A program made the translations under genes and the position numbers. A DNA stretch of 64,000 nucleotides from Eukaryota sp. GEM-RC1 (taxonomy: Eukaryota). Under the pieces are notes generated by a model. That model was not told the origin of the DNA. It did no database searches and saw only the letters and a program-made list of their open reading frames with translations. How positions within the stretch are numbered: position 1 is the stretch's first letter; each line of letters begins with the position of its first letter. Below, piece by piece: positions 23,201-39,000 of the stretch. The stretch is from assembly GCA_040285855.1 (NCBI GenBank), contig JAUFOQ010000004.1, forward strand, positions 1,364,001 to 1,428,000. Direction: 5' to 3'.

Positions 23201-26200
23201 GTTGTTACTTAATATAGTTATACTAGTATTGAGCTATGTTGGATCCAATACCATATGGGTTCCAACAAAGAACAAGATATGACTAAGGTGAACAATCTCA
23301 ATTAATATTTGTTTAGTTTGAAAAGGTACATGAACTGCAAATTACCCTTCAAAGTACGTCAGAACAATAACTTACTATTAAAATATTTACCCACTGAGAC
23401 AAAAGAGAAGTGAAAACATCAGTAATATCTCTATGAAAACTGTGTAACTTTAAAAACATTAATAACACTAAGCAAGGCTAGAAATGCAAAAATTAAACGA
23501 TCAATAGAAACAGAATTGGCAGCCATGAACAACATTAAAATTGTTTGAATTATCAAATATAAAGGCAAAGTGAAAAATGATGATGATACCATTAAAATGT
23601 AAACAACTGATGGAACAAAATGATATGTTCTTCGTTGAAGATATAGAACAAAAACAACTGATATACAGTGAATGATTAATAAGATAAAGTTGATTAACGA
23701 TTGAGGTGAAACAAGAAAGTGTTGGTGAAGAGTTCCAAAGATGAAATTAATTGAAACTAGAGCAGAAGTTGTCAAGAATGCACTGTGATAAAATTTAAAT
23801 TGTTTCAATTTCCTGAATATAAAGTACGATGAAATAAAGGAAAACAATTGAAAAGATGACGTGACAATGAAGTAACTATCAATGTCAAATTCAAATGCTG
23901 ATAGAATAAATTCAAAGATTACTAGTACAGAACTTGCAGATTTGGTCAAAATTATAGGAATAGAGATCAATGTTATGAATAACACGTTGGAAAATCTGGA
24001 CATTGATTTGAGTACTTGAGCTCTTTGAAATTCTGAAGTTGAAAAGAGAAGAATATCGTGATGATTTTGCACTAATTCTAGGAACTTTAACATCGATAAG
24101 TCAGTTAAATAGATGGCAAATATTAATATAACCAACATTCCCACTTTGAAAAGATAATATTCTTCACCAATACAGAAGATTCTGGTAGATATTGAATCGT
24201 CAGTACAATATTGACATAAATCTCCATAAGAATAAGGAGATTTGCAAGAATTTTTTCACAATTGAACCAAATATCACACTCATCTAGTTCCCAAGTAACA
24301 TTGTTTAACATGAAACCAGGTTCAATAACAGTCAAATTTCCATATCCACATTCAGCTAAATGAGGACAAGGTAAACAAGCATCTACAGAATCTAGAGTGT
24401 TTAAAGGACAAACACAATGGTCAAGATCACTAGAGCCTTTTTGAAGAGTAACTCTAGGATAGGGACAAGAACGACATTCTGAATTAAATTCTGAACTAGA
24501 ATAATAATTTAAAGCACATTCCACACATTCACCGAGAGAATTAAATTCCATTCCTTTTGGACACAAACAGCCGTTTCCAGAATTCAATTTAGGCAAGTGA
24601 CAATCATTTGAAACTAGATCGACAGACGCCGATCGAGCGAAATAGGAAAATGTAATCGTCATTGATTGAATCGGATCCGTGATTATTTCCAGATTCTCAC
24701 CAATAACTATGACAGCCTGTTCATCATTTGAACTAGCAACAGTTTCATAAACAGGTATAAGTTCCGAAGAATTAAGGAAATTGTGTTGAGTAATTAAGTA
24801 TATGGAAGGCTTGACCAAAGTACAAGATTTGTCAAAAACATTTGATTATCACATTCAAGAAGTTCCACAGTTTCTACTGTCAAAATATGAGTAAACTTTT
24901 GAATAATTGTGAAATTTGATTGAACGAATTGGTTTACAAACTGGAGTTCAAGGTAATGATAGTCAAAACTGAAAGTAGAAGCAGACGAAAATACCAAACT
25001 ATCTGAAAATAGTTCAAAAGAAGTCCAATTAAAAGTTGAAGTTATAGTAGTTAAATTACCTTCACATTCAACAACAAATCCAATGGAATCCATACAAAGT
25101 ACTGGAATTGTCAAGTTCAAGGCATAAGAGTAAGATTCAAGATAGTCCTGGACAAACACCAATTCCACGGCTTTACCAGGAGTAAAAGTAATAGTAAATG
25201 GAGCTTGAGAATGGTAACAATTAGGTGAAATTAGATGAATCGAATAAGAGAGATGAGATGCAGTAAGAAGATGAGAAGTCATTGAGATTGAACTTTCAAA
25301 TTGTTCAATATTAGAGAATATATCATTTCCCATCTTTAATTGAATAGTTTCTTCAATTTCTTCTCCCAATGATGTAATTCCTCTGTTAATATCAACAGGA
25401 GTTAGACAAGTATATGACTGATATCCGTAAAACTCCAACTCTAAAAGAAACACGTCATTTTGAGGAATTAAAATAATTTCATCAACTTTTGGTAGAACAT
25501 TATCTATTCCACACATCAAAGCAAAGGAAAAACCACTGGGAATTTGTTTACAAGAATATTTTGGTGAAAGAGTTTGATTGTTTACAATCAGTTCAAAAGG
25601 AAGGTTATCATTAAAATGGTGACAACTGGAATTTGTAGTAATGACAACCTTGAAAATATCAAAAGAAGAATTGAAATTAACTGAAATTGCATCACCAGAT
25701 TTTAAAAATTGAGAACAAAATGATACATCTACATTGCAGCAACGAGATCCATCAAAACCATGTCAGTAGAGATATTTGAAATGTATCGAGTATTTTGAAT
25801 TTGGGGATGATGAGAATTTGGTAAGTAACAAATTTCTTCTAAAAAGGCTTCACCATGAACTGAAAAGAGTTAACAAACAACTCGTCAAAGTAAACGTTTA
25901 CTGGAACAACAACTTGAAAAGTGGAAATAATTAAATTTCTGCAAAAAATGTAGAATTTGAAACTGTTCCAGGAAATGTTTTACCTCCAACAACACACTTA
26001 AACTGAGAGTGAAGAAGTCCGATGAAGTCAACTCCAATGTCACGATGTTCATAAACACTGACGTGATTTGAGCTTGTAAATTCTGTATTGAATATTTTAA
26101 TATCGCCAATAATTTGATTTTTGAATCCAATATGTTTCCAAGTCCATTGCAAATCGCTTTCACCTAATGAGAAACTGAACGAAGAAATATTAAACGAATA

Positions 26201-29200
26201 AGTGTATGAAAAACGGAAGGTTCCATAATCGTCTTCAAATAATTGAATTTGATCAGATGCAACAATTAAATTTTTGAGTTGGAAGTCGGAGAATAATGGA
26301 CATTTCGAAAGTACAGAAATTTGAACAATCACGTCATCAATGGTTGAAAAGAACAAAGAAGAAGTAATTGAAATGGTAGGTGGAAGCACAACTTCTCGTA
26401 TTAATTGAAAAGAAAAGGAACTTTCTAAATATTGAACGTTCAATTCAAATGAAGATTCGCCTTGATTTACACTGAAGAAATTTAAAATAAGTGATCCTTG
26501 TAGAGATTCTTGGTCTAATATTTCACAATTGGAAATACATTCTATGGAAATAGAGTAATTGTACTGATTAAAATTGACTGTAAAAGACTGATGAATAGCA
26601 ACTTCATAAAAGAAAGGAAACTGATCGTCTATCAAATCAGTCATCAAGACAACTGTCATTGATTGTGGTGATTGATGTAATGTTATGAGAGGATCATCAT
26701 CATATAATTCAAACACATTTGAGCCCCTTTTAAGGAGCATAGTTTGACGACCGTGCGAAAGATAAATATTTGAAATTTCTTCCAATAATAAGAACTCAAT
26801 TCGAGAATCGTTTTGAATGAGCGGAGGTAGAACTAGATAATTGTCGACTTCGAAGGCTAATTTAAGATCAAAAGCAGAAGCAAAAGATCTTCCAAAAGCA
26901 ATAAAGAATCCAATAGAAATCACGTCAACTTCAAACGTGACCAAATCTTCATCAACATTGGATAACTCAGATGCTAATTCTCCAAATATAAAACTACTCT
27001 GTATAGCTGAGTACTCGTAGAAATGAATTCCTTCAACTTCTAGAGAAATTTCATGAACAAAACTAGACTCAAACCACTGAATAAATCGAGGAGAAATTGA
27101 ATTGGGTAAGACAATAAAAGGTAAGTTAAAGATAGGATAACAACCAACTTCACTACATAATTCTAAATCATCAGGATATCCAGGCACTGAAGACATAAAC
27201 TCAATGTGAGCAAGATCAGGAGTTGTTTGAAAATTTACAATTTCAATAGAATTTGGAATATCTAAAGTCACTTGGAAATCGTTTAGAGAAACCTCTCCAT
27301 AGAGACTATAAACAGTAATCTCACAAGGTTGGTTAACAAAGCAAACTAAAGAAGTATTATAAGCTTCTAATGACGTGATTGGAAGTGATAGAATAATAGA
27401 AATACCAGTAGTAAATTCAATATGAGTAATAAATCTATTTAGACCAACTAATTCTCCAGTATAAATGATCATTTCATTAGTTGTTAGGTCTTGGACAACA
27501 GCTGAAGAACCAGACATTTGAATAGTAGAATTGGAAAAACAATCAAACATTTGACCAAAATATGATCCAAATATTCTCAAAATATTTCCAGAAGGGGAAA
27601 GAACCAATGGAAAAACTCCATGTCTTGGAGCTATAAGTTGAAGTTGAAATACATTACTGGTTTGATTTCCAATTATTACATAAACATTGAAAATGTTACT
27701 TTCAACTGAACAAACGTAAGGAATATAATGAACAATTTCTTCATGAGAATGATTTGCCACACGTGTTGAAGCAATTTCAGAAACTAAAGATGAATAGTCA
27801 AAACTCGTTGAAAGATCATGACCAATGATTGAAAGCTCTCCGTTCAATAGGAATGGATACGGATAAACAAAAGAAATGACAGGCTTTTGAAGCAGTAAGT
27901 AAAGGAAATTATTGAAGAATCTGTCGACCTAGAAAGAGACATTTCATGACAACCATGACCTTCAAAAAGAATAAGTTCAAATTTTCATGATTAATTGAAT
28001 AATACGCAAGACTTTCATTTACCCAAGCAGTTGAATGATGAATAACAATAGGATCTAACCCAAGATTAAAAGCAAACAGTGGAACAAAACCACCTCTAGT
28101 TGGAGGTTCTAGACTAACAAACTCAATAGGACAAATGGGAATGAATAAGTGTTGGAACGAAAATATTCTGGAAATAGTTAAATTGAAATAAATTGAATTA
28201 TTCATTGGATGGAAGGAAATGCTATCATTTAAAAAGAAGTCAAGAGAATTCAATAGAAAGTTGTGGTAGAATTCATCATTATTAGGGACTGAGAGTTCTA
28301 GTAACTCTGAAAGATAGTCGATATTATTGAAATTCAGAGAAACTTGACAAATAGCCGTGTTACAACAGTATTTCGAAGGAGAAATTGAAATGTTTGAGAA
28401 TATTTGAGAAAGATCTAGAAATGGATCGTTCCCAAACAATAAGCCCCGATTAATTGAAGCAAATTTTGAAATAATTGGATATCCAGAAGAGAATGTAATT
28501 GCAGAATTTTGAGCCGTTAACGAAGATAAGAATAAGACTTCTGTTGAGTTAGTCAGAATAAGTGAAGAGTTGATGATTTCAAAGTCAGATTTAAAGACTG
28601 TTTGGTATGTGCAACCCGAAAATTTAAAGTTATTCAAAAGAACTGAAGAATTCGAAATTCTAAAGTAAGGTTCTATTTCTCCAAAAAAGAAAGTGACTTG
28701 CATTGTTGAATAGAAACTAGGTCAAAATCAACAAAAGAGTTTGAAATATTGAATAAAGAGGTCGATTCAAAGAACTTTACTGAGAGTTGGGAAATAGAAA
28801 GAGAAGAATCAGATACTTCAAACAGTGTTAATGACTCAATGTCTTGAATAGTCCAAAGGTGAAGTGAACAAGAAGAATTATAGAGAGTTACAAAAGAGTC
28901 AATCAGAGTGAAATTTTCAAATGCTAAATTATTTGATCTAAAAATAGTATCAGTAAAATTGAGGGCAGAATATAAAAAAATATTTGAAAAAGTGGTGTCG
29001 TTAAGGATCAGATTGGAATTAAATGAATATAGTAAATGATGAGATGCGATATTATTAATAATAAGATTAGATGCAGTGACATTTGATGAAATAAAATGAA
29101 TTAAACTTAAATCTTCAGAAATATTTTCATCATCAATGAATAGACCAGTAGTTTTAGCTGATCTATCTATTCGAATATTTTGAATCAACACGTCACTGTT

Positions 29201-32200
29201 GAAGGAATACACGATTCTATTTGAAATTTCAAAAAGGCGGCATCAAGTAGACTAAAATTGGTTGTAATTAAGTCAAAAGAACATCTGACAAGACTGAAAC
29301 AATTTCGACATGTATCAAGGAAATATCACTATCAAATGACGTGATGATGGGAACATTGATGACGTCAGCATATAAGTTTGTAATCAAAAATTGAGAACTA
29401 GAAGTGTTGAACATGTAAGGATTTGCTGAATTCGAGAATGTAGAGACAAGAATTTCTAAAGAATTCAATTCAATTTCACTGTTCGTAGCTTGAAGAAGGC
29501 CACTTAACTGACAATGAGCAAAGCTTAAAGAAGTTGAATTCATTAAAGAATTTCTCAACACGGCAAATTCATGACTAATACTGGAAGTTTCTACCGTAAA
29601 CATAGACAATGTAATAAAAGAATCTTTGGAAATGAGAACCGAACTGGTGAGTGTCCTTGACATCATAACTCCTTGACAGTAGAGCTCAGAGGTATCTAAT
29701 TTGAGGACATTCATGACATCAGCATTTACAGTAGTGACGTTTTCAAATCGGAATGAAGAAGATACGAGATGAATAAAGCTTTCACTTGAATTGATGGATT
29801 TAAGTTCTGAATTTGAAATTGAACCGGTAGAATCATTGAAGATGAGGGAGTTGGCACTCGTGATTTGATCTAAAAGTAAGTAATTAAGAGAAAAGGTTGA
29901 TGAAGACACTGATATTGTTGACGTATCAGACTTGGAATGAAACTTAGACACACTAACATTTGAAAAGGTGGAATTTGAAAAATTAATCAACATTAAACCA
30001 TCAGCATTAAACCTAAGGATAAGCAAGTCGTTAAATGTAATAAATGATTCATAAGAGAATAGTAGTGGAGATGTCAGTTGATCAACATTGAGTTGTGTGG
30101 CATTGAGAGTGGAATCTATAATTTTAATTAAAGAAATATTGGTATTAAAAGGACCAGAAATATCAATAGAATGAGCATTGACAGTACTATCCGAAATACT
30201 AAACAAAGAGTTTGATAAGTCATTTGTTGAGCCAAACTCAACTGAAAAGAGATCAACACGTGATTCAGATATTTGGAAAACTTCAAATAATGTTGAATAA
30301 TACAAATGTAAGTGTTCTACTCGCATTCCAGTCTCCACTGCTTTAATAAACGTATCCAAAGTCGTGGAGTTGTGAACTATCAAAGTATTGACTTCAATAT
30401 CTGACATTGCCGCCATCAAAAATGATTGTGTGTTAGCATTGATTATCCTCAGTGTTGACTAGATTGAGAGTTGAGTAATTGAATTGGAAAGTAACGTCAG
30501 TAAAGGCATTGGAGACTAGTGAGTAATCAATTGAACATGAACTTGAATCTGATAAATTAAGAATTGAGAAGGAATAAATGTCAGCAAAAGAACAGGAACT
30601 GAAGGTTAATTCAGTAGTTTTTGCATCAATAAGAGACATAACTCTAATTGCACGAAACCGAACATTGTCAAAGCTAGCAGAAGAATTAACAATTGAAATC
30701 ATATCTAAATTAACACTACTTACATTGGAAAAATAGAAGACCTAATGATTAAAGTAGAATGAGCTGCAGAACCAATTGATCGAGAGCTAACATTGTTAAA
30801 AGAAGTATTTGAAAGCTGGACTTCACTAGAAATGAATTCAAAGAGAGTACAATTAAGTAACTCAAAAGCAAGAAGGTCGCTAACAAAATTGGAATTACTT
30901 AGATGAATTAATGAAAAATCGTTAGGAGTAGAAAGGTTAAAGAATACCAAATTATTGAAAAGTAGATCGGATCGGTGTCCAATCAAAAATGATTCAATCA
31001 AAGTGAGATTAGTATCCAAAGTAACGTCATGTAGAATTAAGGTAGAATCATTTAGATCGAAAAAGTTTCCAACTTCCCATCTCCGACTTCAAACAAATTG
31101 ATTGTGACCACTGAATCGTCGGCATTGATAAGTGATTGAGAAGACTCCACGTCGATAATAGAACTATTAGACAAAGAAGCTGAAGAAAAAGTAAGAGAGA
31201 TGAAGTGTTCTAAATTTAGATTGTTGAAATGGGAAAGAGTTAGTGAAAATGTTGAATCATTGAAATTGAAGAAAGATTTTGCATAAATCATAGAAAAGGT
31301 TGACCCTTCAATAGTTACATTAGAAAGATTATCTACAGAGACCATTACTTGAACCTCAATAGAATGGAAAGAACTATTTGATATTTCTAATTCAGAATTA
31401 GAACTAAATATGACAGATGACGAATTGGAATTTGTCAAATAAAGAGCGGAAATTACTGCTGATGAATCCGTAAAGAGAATATTGAACACTCAATTGCAGA
31501 TAATAAGAAATCAACAACTGTGAATTCTGAGCGATTAAACATAAACAGAGGATCACAAGCATCACGTATATAAACAGCATTGATTGAGCTCATTACAATA
31601 ATGCTAAATTCTGAGTAAAGAAATGACTTATTAATTCTCATAATATCAATATCCAAATGATTAATGGTAACATTACTGTTAAATAATTCAAAAACTAAAG
31701 AAGTATTAACCTTAGTCAGGGAAGTAGTATTAAAACTCATAGATCCATAGTCTAAATGAAAAGTGAAGTAAAAGAAGAGTTTTCAATAAGTAAGCTGTCC
31801 ATAGAAGCATTGCAATGTAGACATGTTAATATTAAGTTAACATTCGTTTGAGTTAGTATAATTGAAGAGAGATCTAAATGAGAGTCAACAATATTAAAGA
31901 GATTGTTTGAAATTGCAGCTAACTTTGTGTTGATTGAATAGCTTTCACTTGAGTCATTTGAACCTTCATTAATTTGATGAAAATCTAAAAAGTCAATAGT
32001 TGAATTTGTAGATGTAGTAAGCAAAAATCCGGTAGTTAAAATTGAATCAAAAACCTTAGCCAAATGAAGTTCTAATGTTGAATCAGAAAGATCAAAAACA
32101 TGATTGGTAATCAAATTTGATAAGCTCACGTCATTGAGACGAAGAACCGAAGTAGATCCATCAAAACTGACGTACTATTCATACCAGCAGAACACAATGA

Positions 32201-35200
32201 ATCAACAAACAAGTGACTATTTGTTGGCTCGAAAAGTACATTGAAACTGGAAAATACTACTGAAATATTAAATAATGAGACATTAGAATTAACAATAAGA
32301 AAACCAAATTCTGCTTGGATATAAGCAATAATGGTATTTTCAATGAAACAACTGTTGACTTTGTTTAAAGAAACTAACGATCCAAATGATTCAGAAATAT
32401 TTAACTTGTTCGAAAACAGCGAACCCTCAATTAAATTGAAGAATCCCAAATTGCTTTCTAAATTTGTAGAAGAAATAGAAACAGAATCGATAATAATAGA
32501 ACAATCCGTTGAGAAAAGAAAGGTATTGGAAATTGACATGTGGTGCAACAGAAAATGATTCAAAACAATGATTGACTTGGAAACGTGATACACACGTGTT
32601 GCTGACGTGTTCGACATCATGAAGTCGGAAAATGACAGATCACATTCATTCAAAGTGAACATATTAGTAACAGAAGAATTACTAAGGAATAACCTTTGGA
32701 AAGTGCCAACAGATTGTTTTGTATTAAAAAATTCCACAATTCTTGACCGACTCAATGAAATATCATTGAGCTCTAAAATTGTTGGCTGAGCCAGAATTAC
32801 AGTTTCTAAGTAACTGTCATAAATATTCAAAAATTGATATCCAAAAGATTGACCTCCATTAACTCAATAAGACTTCCAGTTGTATCAAAAATGTCCATAT
32901 CAGTAATAAAAACAGTACCTCTGAGAATATCAAAACACGTGTCACAAGTAACAGTAGAAATGGTTAATTCATTTAGTTCAACTGGACCGTTTGATGACTC
33001 AATCAGTGACTTACAATTAATATCTTGAAAAACAACGGTTTGGAGGTCAATCTTTGAGTTGGTAACGAAGATGATCGCACTTGAAGAATCAATACTGAAC
33101 AGGTTAAATTCGATTAAAATGATTTCAGCATCGTCAGCAGATAGTAACTGATCAATTTTAATTGATGATGAAACTGTAAAACGATCCATAATAAATACAC
33201 TAGATTTGATTGAAAAGATAATTGAAGTGGTAACAGACTCAAACGACAGTCCATTTTCAATGATTTGACTTTCGACAAGATCAAAAACAGCAAACGACAA
33301 GTTAGAACTTGAACAAAATGAATGAGACAAAGTAATGTTAGACTTTGTTAATTGAAATAATGATGACGATATAATATTTAAGAAAGTGCTGTAAGAAATA
33401 TCGAATGGTGTGTTGTCAAGGACAAAAGGGGAATCCTTAATAGATCCAGAAACACTAACATTCAGTAAAATTAATTGAGAATTACTAGACCTTAATAAAC
33501 TGGAAGAATTCGACTCGAAGCTACAGTTTGATAGAAAAACTGTAGAGGTATCAGTCAGTATTGTAGTAGAACCAGCTTCATGAAAGATGTTTGAATTAAT
33601 TAATTGGATAATGGAATCAACAAAAGTAAAACAACTAGGAGAATGACAAACAATATCAATGTTGGAAAGAGAAAACTTGGAATGAAATACTTCCGAAAAA
33701 GTCTGGTAGATTCCATCAATCACTACGTCACCTAGACCAATCAATTGCCAATCAACGTCATTTACATCACCCAATCCATTTTTAAAGGTGTAATTTCCAC
33801 TATGAAAATATACTGTCCCTTTTCTTCCCATTCTTTCTACAACTCTATTGAAAGAAGCACAAGGACTATCAAAAGTTCCACAACAAGGATCATCAACGCC
33901 AGTGGTAGAAATGTAAGAAGTTTGATTTAAGTCGAGTACATTATCATTGACAGAGACAATTAGAGAAGTTTCTGAATAGATAGTAGTAATAAGTGAATTA
34001 CAGGGACTAATAACATCATGAAACTTACCATTAATTAGATCAGATTCTATAATAGTGTAGTTATTCCCAGTTGAATCATACATTGTTTCAAATTCTATTT
34101 CTAATATTCCATCTAAATAAGCAGTTGAACCAATAATTAATTGAGTAAAAGAATCACCACTATTGATTTGAATAGAGACGATTGAAGAAGGTAACAGAGC
34201 AAGGCTATCATCAAATATAATTAAAGGCAAAGGAATGAGTTTTCCAGCATTCGAGGTATTGTTGAAAACTGTTCCTGATCCCTTTAAAATTTGAAATACT
34301 GACAAATCCAAATTTTGCTCTAAAATGACGTTTGCATCTGACAATACGATACCAGCATCAGAAGTGAATGTAGTTGTAGATAACGAAACGAAATTTCTCA
34401 TCAAAACATCAGAATGACAAGTGAAAGAACCACTAGAAGATTGGAATTCTGAAACTGACACATCATCAAGAATTAGGTGACTGAAGAAATCAAAAGAATT
34501 TGCCAATTGAACTTGACCAGTGATTGATGAATTATCTACTGATGCTTGAACAGATAAAGAAGATGAGAAATTTCCTGAATTAATCTCAGAATATTTTTCT
34601 ACTGACAATGGCGAACTTCCAAGTATTTGGCAATGAAAACAAGAGAAAAATCTAACATTGGTCTGAGTACTTGAAGCTGACTCAAAAGTTGAAAATGATA
34701 AATCTAAAATATAAATAATAGCTGAGTCAAAATCATTCTGAAAATGACTGTTAATAGCGATCAAAATAACAGTTGATGACGAGATATCTACTGAATCATC
34801 ATAGAAGAGCTCACTGGAATTTAAGGTTATATGGATGCTATCAGAATTAATTTTTGAGTCTTCACTTAAGCTCATAATCGATTCACTGTTGAGCTCGACT
34901 TGCTCTGAATTTTCAAAAGTAAAGTTATTTAATTGTAAGTTTGATGAAATCAAAGATACTGAACTGATGTATATTTTTGCTGATACAAACAAAATGTTTG
35001 AATCAACAAATGAAAGGTGGCCCCAATCAACTTGAGGGTTATCAAAACTCAATTCATTAATCTCATCACTGGATAGAGTAGTGGCGGAAAAAATGGCGTC
35101 ATGAACAACACTTGAATTAATTAATTGAAAGGTTGAGTCAGGTAGTGAAAAACAGAAGAGCGAATAGCAGAAAATATCAACGTTTGAAAGAGAAAGATTG

Positions 35201-36010
35201 GTGCTTACTATCTCAAGTAAAGTCTCGTCAAATGCTTCAATCACCACGTCACCGAGACCAATAACTTCCCAATCAACGTCATGTACATTCCCCAATCCAT
35301 TGTTAAAAGTGTAATTTCCACTATGAAAATAAACCTGCCCTTTTCTGCCCATTCTGTCTAAAACTCCTTTAAAAGAAGCACAAGGACTATCAAAAGTTCC
35401 ACAACAAGGATCATCAATGCCAGTAGTAGAAACGTAAGCGGTTTGATTTAAGTCGAGTACATTATCATTGACAGAGACAACTAGAGAAGTTTCTGAATAG
35501 ATAGTAGTAATAAGTGAATTACAGGGACTAATAACATCATGAAACTTACCATTAATTAGACCAGATTCTATAATAGTGTAGTTATTCCCAGTTGAATCAT
35601 ACATTGTTTCAAATTCTATTTCTAATATTCCATCTAAATAAGCAGTTGAACCAATAATTAATTGAGTAAAAGAATCACCACTATTGATTTGAATAGAGAC
35701 GATTGAAGAAGGTAACAGAGCAAGGCTATCATCAAATATAATTAAAGGCAAAGGAATGAGTTTTCCAGCATTCGAGGTATTGTTGAAAACTGTTCCTAAT
35801 CCCTTTAAAATTTGAAATACTGACAAATCCAAATTTTGCTCTAAAATGACGTTTGCATCTGACAATACGATACCAGCATCAGAAGTGAATGTAGTTGTAG
35901 ATAACGAAACGAAATTTCTCATCAAAACATCAGAATGACAAGTGAAAGAACCACTAGAGGATTGGAATTCTGAAACTGACACGTCATCAAGAATCACGTG
36001 ACTGAAAAAA
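19896..36010. repeat. Segmental tandem duplication, copy 1 (the part with a visible partner at 49150-64000)
   Basis: Colinear matches: 20260 vs 49513, 23431 vs 51439, 32827 vs 60831 (offset ~28.0-29.3 kb). Confidence 0.95.
20489..21061. mobile_element. ~570-bp insertion present only in copy 1 of the duplication; putative non-autonomous element
   Basis: Replaced by ~30 unrelated bp at the equivalent site near 49730-49760; GGAAACG/CGTTTC(C/G) motifs clustered near both ends, (ATGGAAACGAT) tandem copies, terminal hairpin GGTACG-TATCT-CGTACC. Confidence 0.45.
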
Positions 36011-39000
36011 TCAAAAGAATTCGCCAATTGAAATTGACCAGTGATTGATGAATTATCTACTGATTCTTGAACAATAAAAGAAGATGAAAAATTTCCTGAA
36101 TTAATCTCAGAATATGTTTCTACTGACAAGGGCGAATTTCCAAGTATTTGACAATGAAAACAAGAGAAATAAGCAACAATAGTGTGAGTACTTGAAACTG
36201 ACTCAAAAGTTGAAAATGATAAATCTAAAATATGGATATTAGCAAAATCAAAATCATTCTGAAAATGACTGTTGACAGCAATCAAACTGACATTTGATGA
36301 CGAGATATCGACCGAGTCATCATAATAGAGCTCACTTGAATTTAAGGTTATATGGAGGCTATCTGAATTAATTTTTGAGTCTTCACTTAAGCTCATAATC
36401 GATTCACTGTCAAGCATGACTTCCTCTAAATTTTCAAAAGTAAAGTTATTTAATTGTAAGTTTGAAGAAATCAAAGAAACAGAACTGATGAACATTTTTG
36501 CTGATAGAAACATAATGTTTGAATCAATAATTGAAACGTATCCCCAATGATCTTGAGGAGTATCAAAACTGAAGTGATTAATCTCATCAATGGATAGAGT
36601 AGTGGCGGAAAAACAGCGTCATGAACAACACTTGAATTAATTAATTGAAAGGTTGAGTCAGGTAGAGAAAAACAATAGGCGGAATAGCAAAAATGTCAAT
36701 GTTTGAAAGGGAAAGATTGGAGTGAACGATTTCAAATAGAGTCTCATCAATGCCTTCAATAATGACGTCACCGACACCAATCAATTGCCAATCAACGTCA
36801 GTTACATTTCCCAATCCTTGATTAAAGGTGTAACTTCCTTCGTGGAAAATAACCTTCCCTTTCCTTCCCATTCTTTCCAAAAACTCCTCTAAAAGAAGCA
36901 CAAGGACTGTCAAAAGTTCCACAACAAGGGTCATCAACACCAGTAGTAGAAATGTAAGAAATGGTGTTTAGATGAGCAATATAGTCATCGAAAAATCCAA
37001 TTACTGAAGTAAAAGTATACTCAATATTGAAAATAGAAGAACACGTGCTTTTGACTGAAGTAAATCGACCTAAACGATGGTAAGAATCAATAAGTACGTA
37101 TTGTTTACCACCCCAATGTTTGAATGGATCAAATTCTACTTCTATTGTACCATCTAGAAAAGCAGTTGAACCAACAATTACTTGAGTAGAAGAATTATCA
37201 CTATTGATTTGAATAGAGATAGTAGAAGAAGGAAAAAGTGAAAGATTATCATCAAAAATAATTAAAGGTAAAGGAATTACTTTTCCAGCGTTTGAGGTGT
37301 TGTCAAAATTACTCCTAATCCCTTCAAAATTTGAAATTCTGATAATTCCAAATTTTGCTCTAAAATGACGTTTGCATCTGAAAGAATGACAACAGCATCA
37401 GAAGCGAATGAAGTTGAAGATAATGTAACGAAATTTTTCATCAAAACATCAAAATGACAAGTGATAGAACCACTAGACGACTGGAATTCTGAAACTGACA
37501 CGTCATCAAGAATCACGTGACTGAAGAAATCAAAAGAATACGCCAAGTGTATTTGACCAGTGATTGATGAATTATCTGCGGATTCTTGAACAATTAAGGA
37601 AGATGAGAAATTTCCTGAATTAATCTCAGAATATGTTTCTACTGACAATGGCGAACTTCCAAGTATTTGGCAATGAAAACAAGAGAAATAAGCAACAATA
37701 GTGTGAGTACTTGAAGACGACTCAAAAGTTGAAAATGATAAATCCAAAATATGAATATTAACAAAGTCAAAATCATTTTGAAAACGACTGTTAATAGCGA
37801 TCAAAATAACATTTGATGACGAGATAACGACTGAATCATCATAATAGAGCTCACTTGAATTTAAGGTTATATGGAGGCTGTCAGAATCAATTTTTGAGTC
37901 TTCAATTAAGGTCATAATCGATTCACTGTCAAGCTCAACTTGCTCTAAATTTTGAAAAGTAAAGTTATTTAATTGTAAATTTGAAGAAATTAAAGAAACT
38001 GAACTGATGAAAATTTTTGCTGATAGAAACATAATGTTTGAATCAATAAATGTAATGTGCCCCCAATGATCTTGAGGGTTATCAAAGGCTAATTGATTAA
38101 TCTCATCTATGGAAAGAGTAGTGGTGGAAAAAACAGCATCATGAACAACACTTGAATACATTAATTGAAAGGTTGAGTCATGTAGAGAAAAACAATAGGC
38201 GGAATAACAAAAATGTCAATATTTGAAAGGGAAAGATTGGAGTGAACGATTTCAAATAGAGTCTCATCAATGCCTTCAATAATCACGTCACCGAGACCAA
38301 TCAATTGCCAATCAACGTCAGTTACATTCCCCAATCCTTGATTAAAAGTGTAACTTCCTTCATGGAAATACACTTTCCCTTTACTTCCCATTCTGTCTAA
38401 AACTCCTCTAAAAGAAGCACAAGGACTATCAAAAGTTCCACAACAAGGATCATCAATGCCAGTGGTAGAAATGTAAGAAGTTTGATTTAAGTCGAGTACA
38501 TTATCATTGACAGAGACAATTAGAGAAGTTTCTGAATAGATAGTAGTAATAAGTGAATTACAGGGACTAATAACATCATGAAACTTACCATTAATTAGAT
38601 CAGATTCTATAATAGTGTAGTTATTCCCAGTTGAATCATACATTGTTTCAAATTCTATTTCTAATATTCCATCTAAATAAGCAGTTGAACCAATAATTAA
38701 TTGAGTAAAAGAATCACCACTATTGATTTGAATAGAGACGATTGAAGAAGGTAACAGAGCAAGGCTATCATCAAATATAATTAAAGGCAAAGGAATGAGT
38801 TTTCCAGCATTCGAGGTATTGTTGAAAACTGTTCCTGATCCCTTTAAAATTTGAAATACTGACAATTCCAATTTTTGCTCTAAAATGACGTTTGCATCTG
38901 AAAGAATGATATCAGCATCAGAATCGAATGAAGTTGTAGATAACGTAACGAAATTTCTCATCAAAACATCAGAATGACAAGTGATAGAACCACTAGAGGA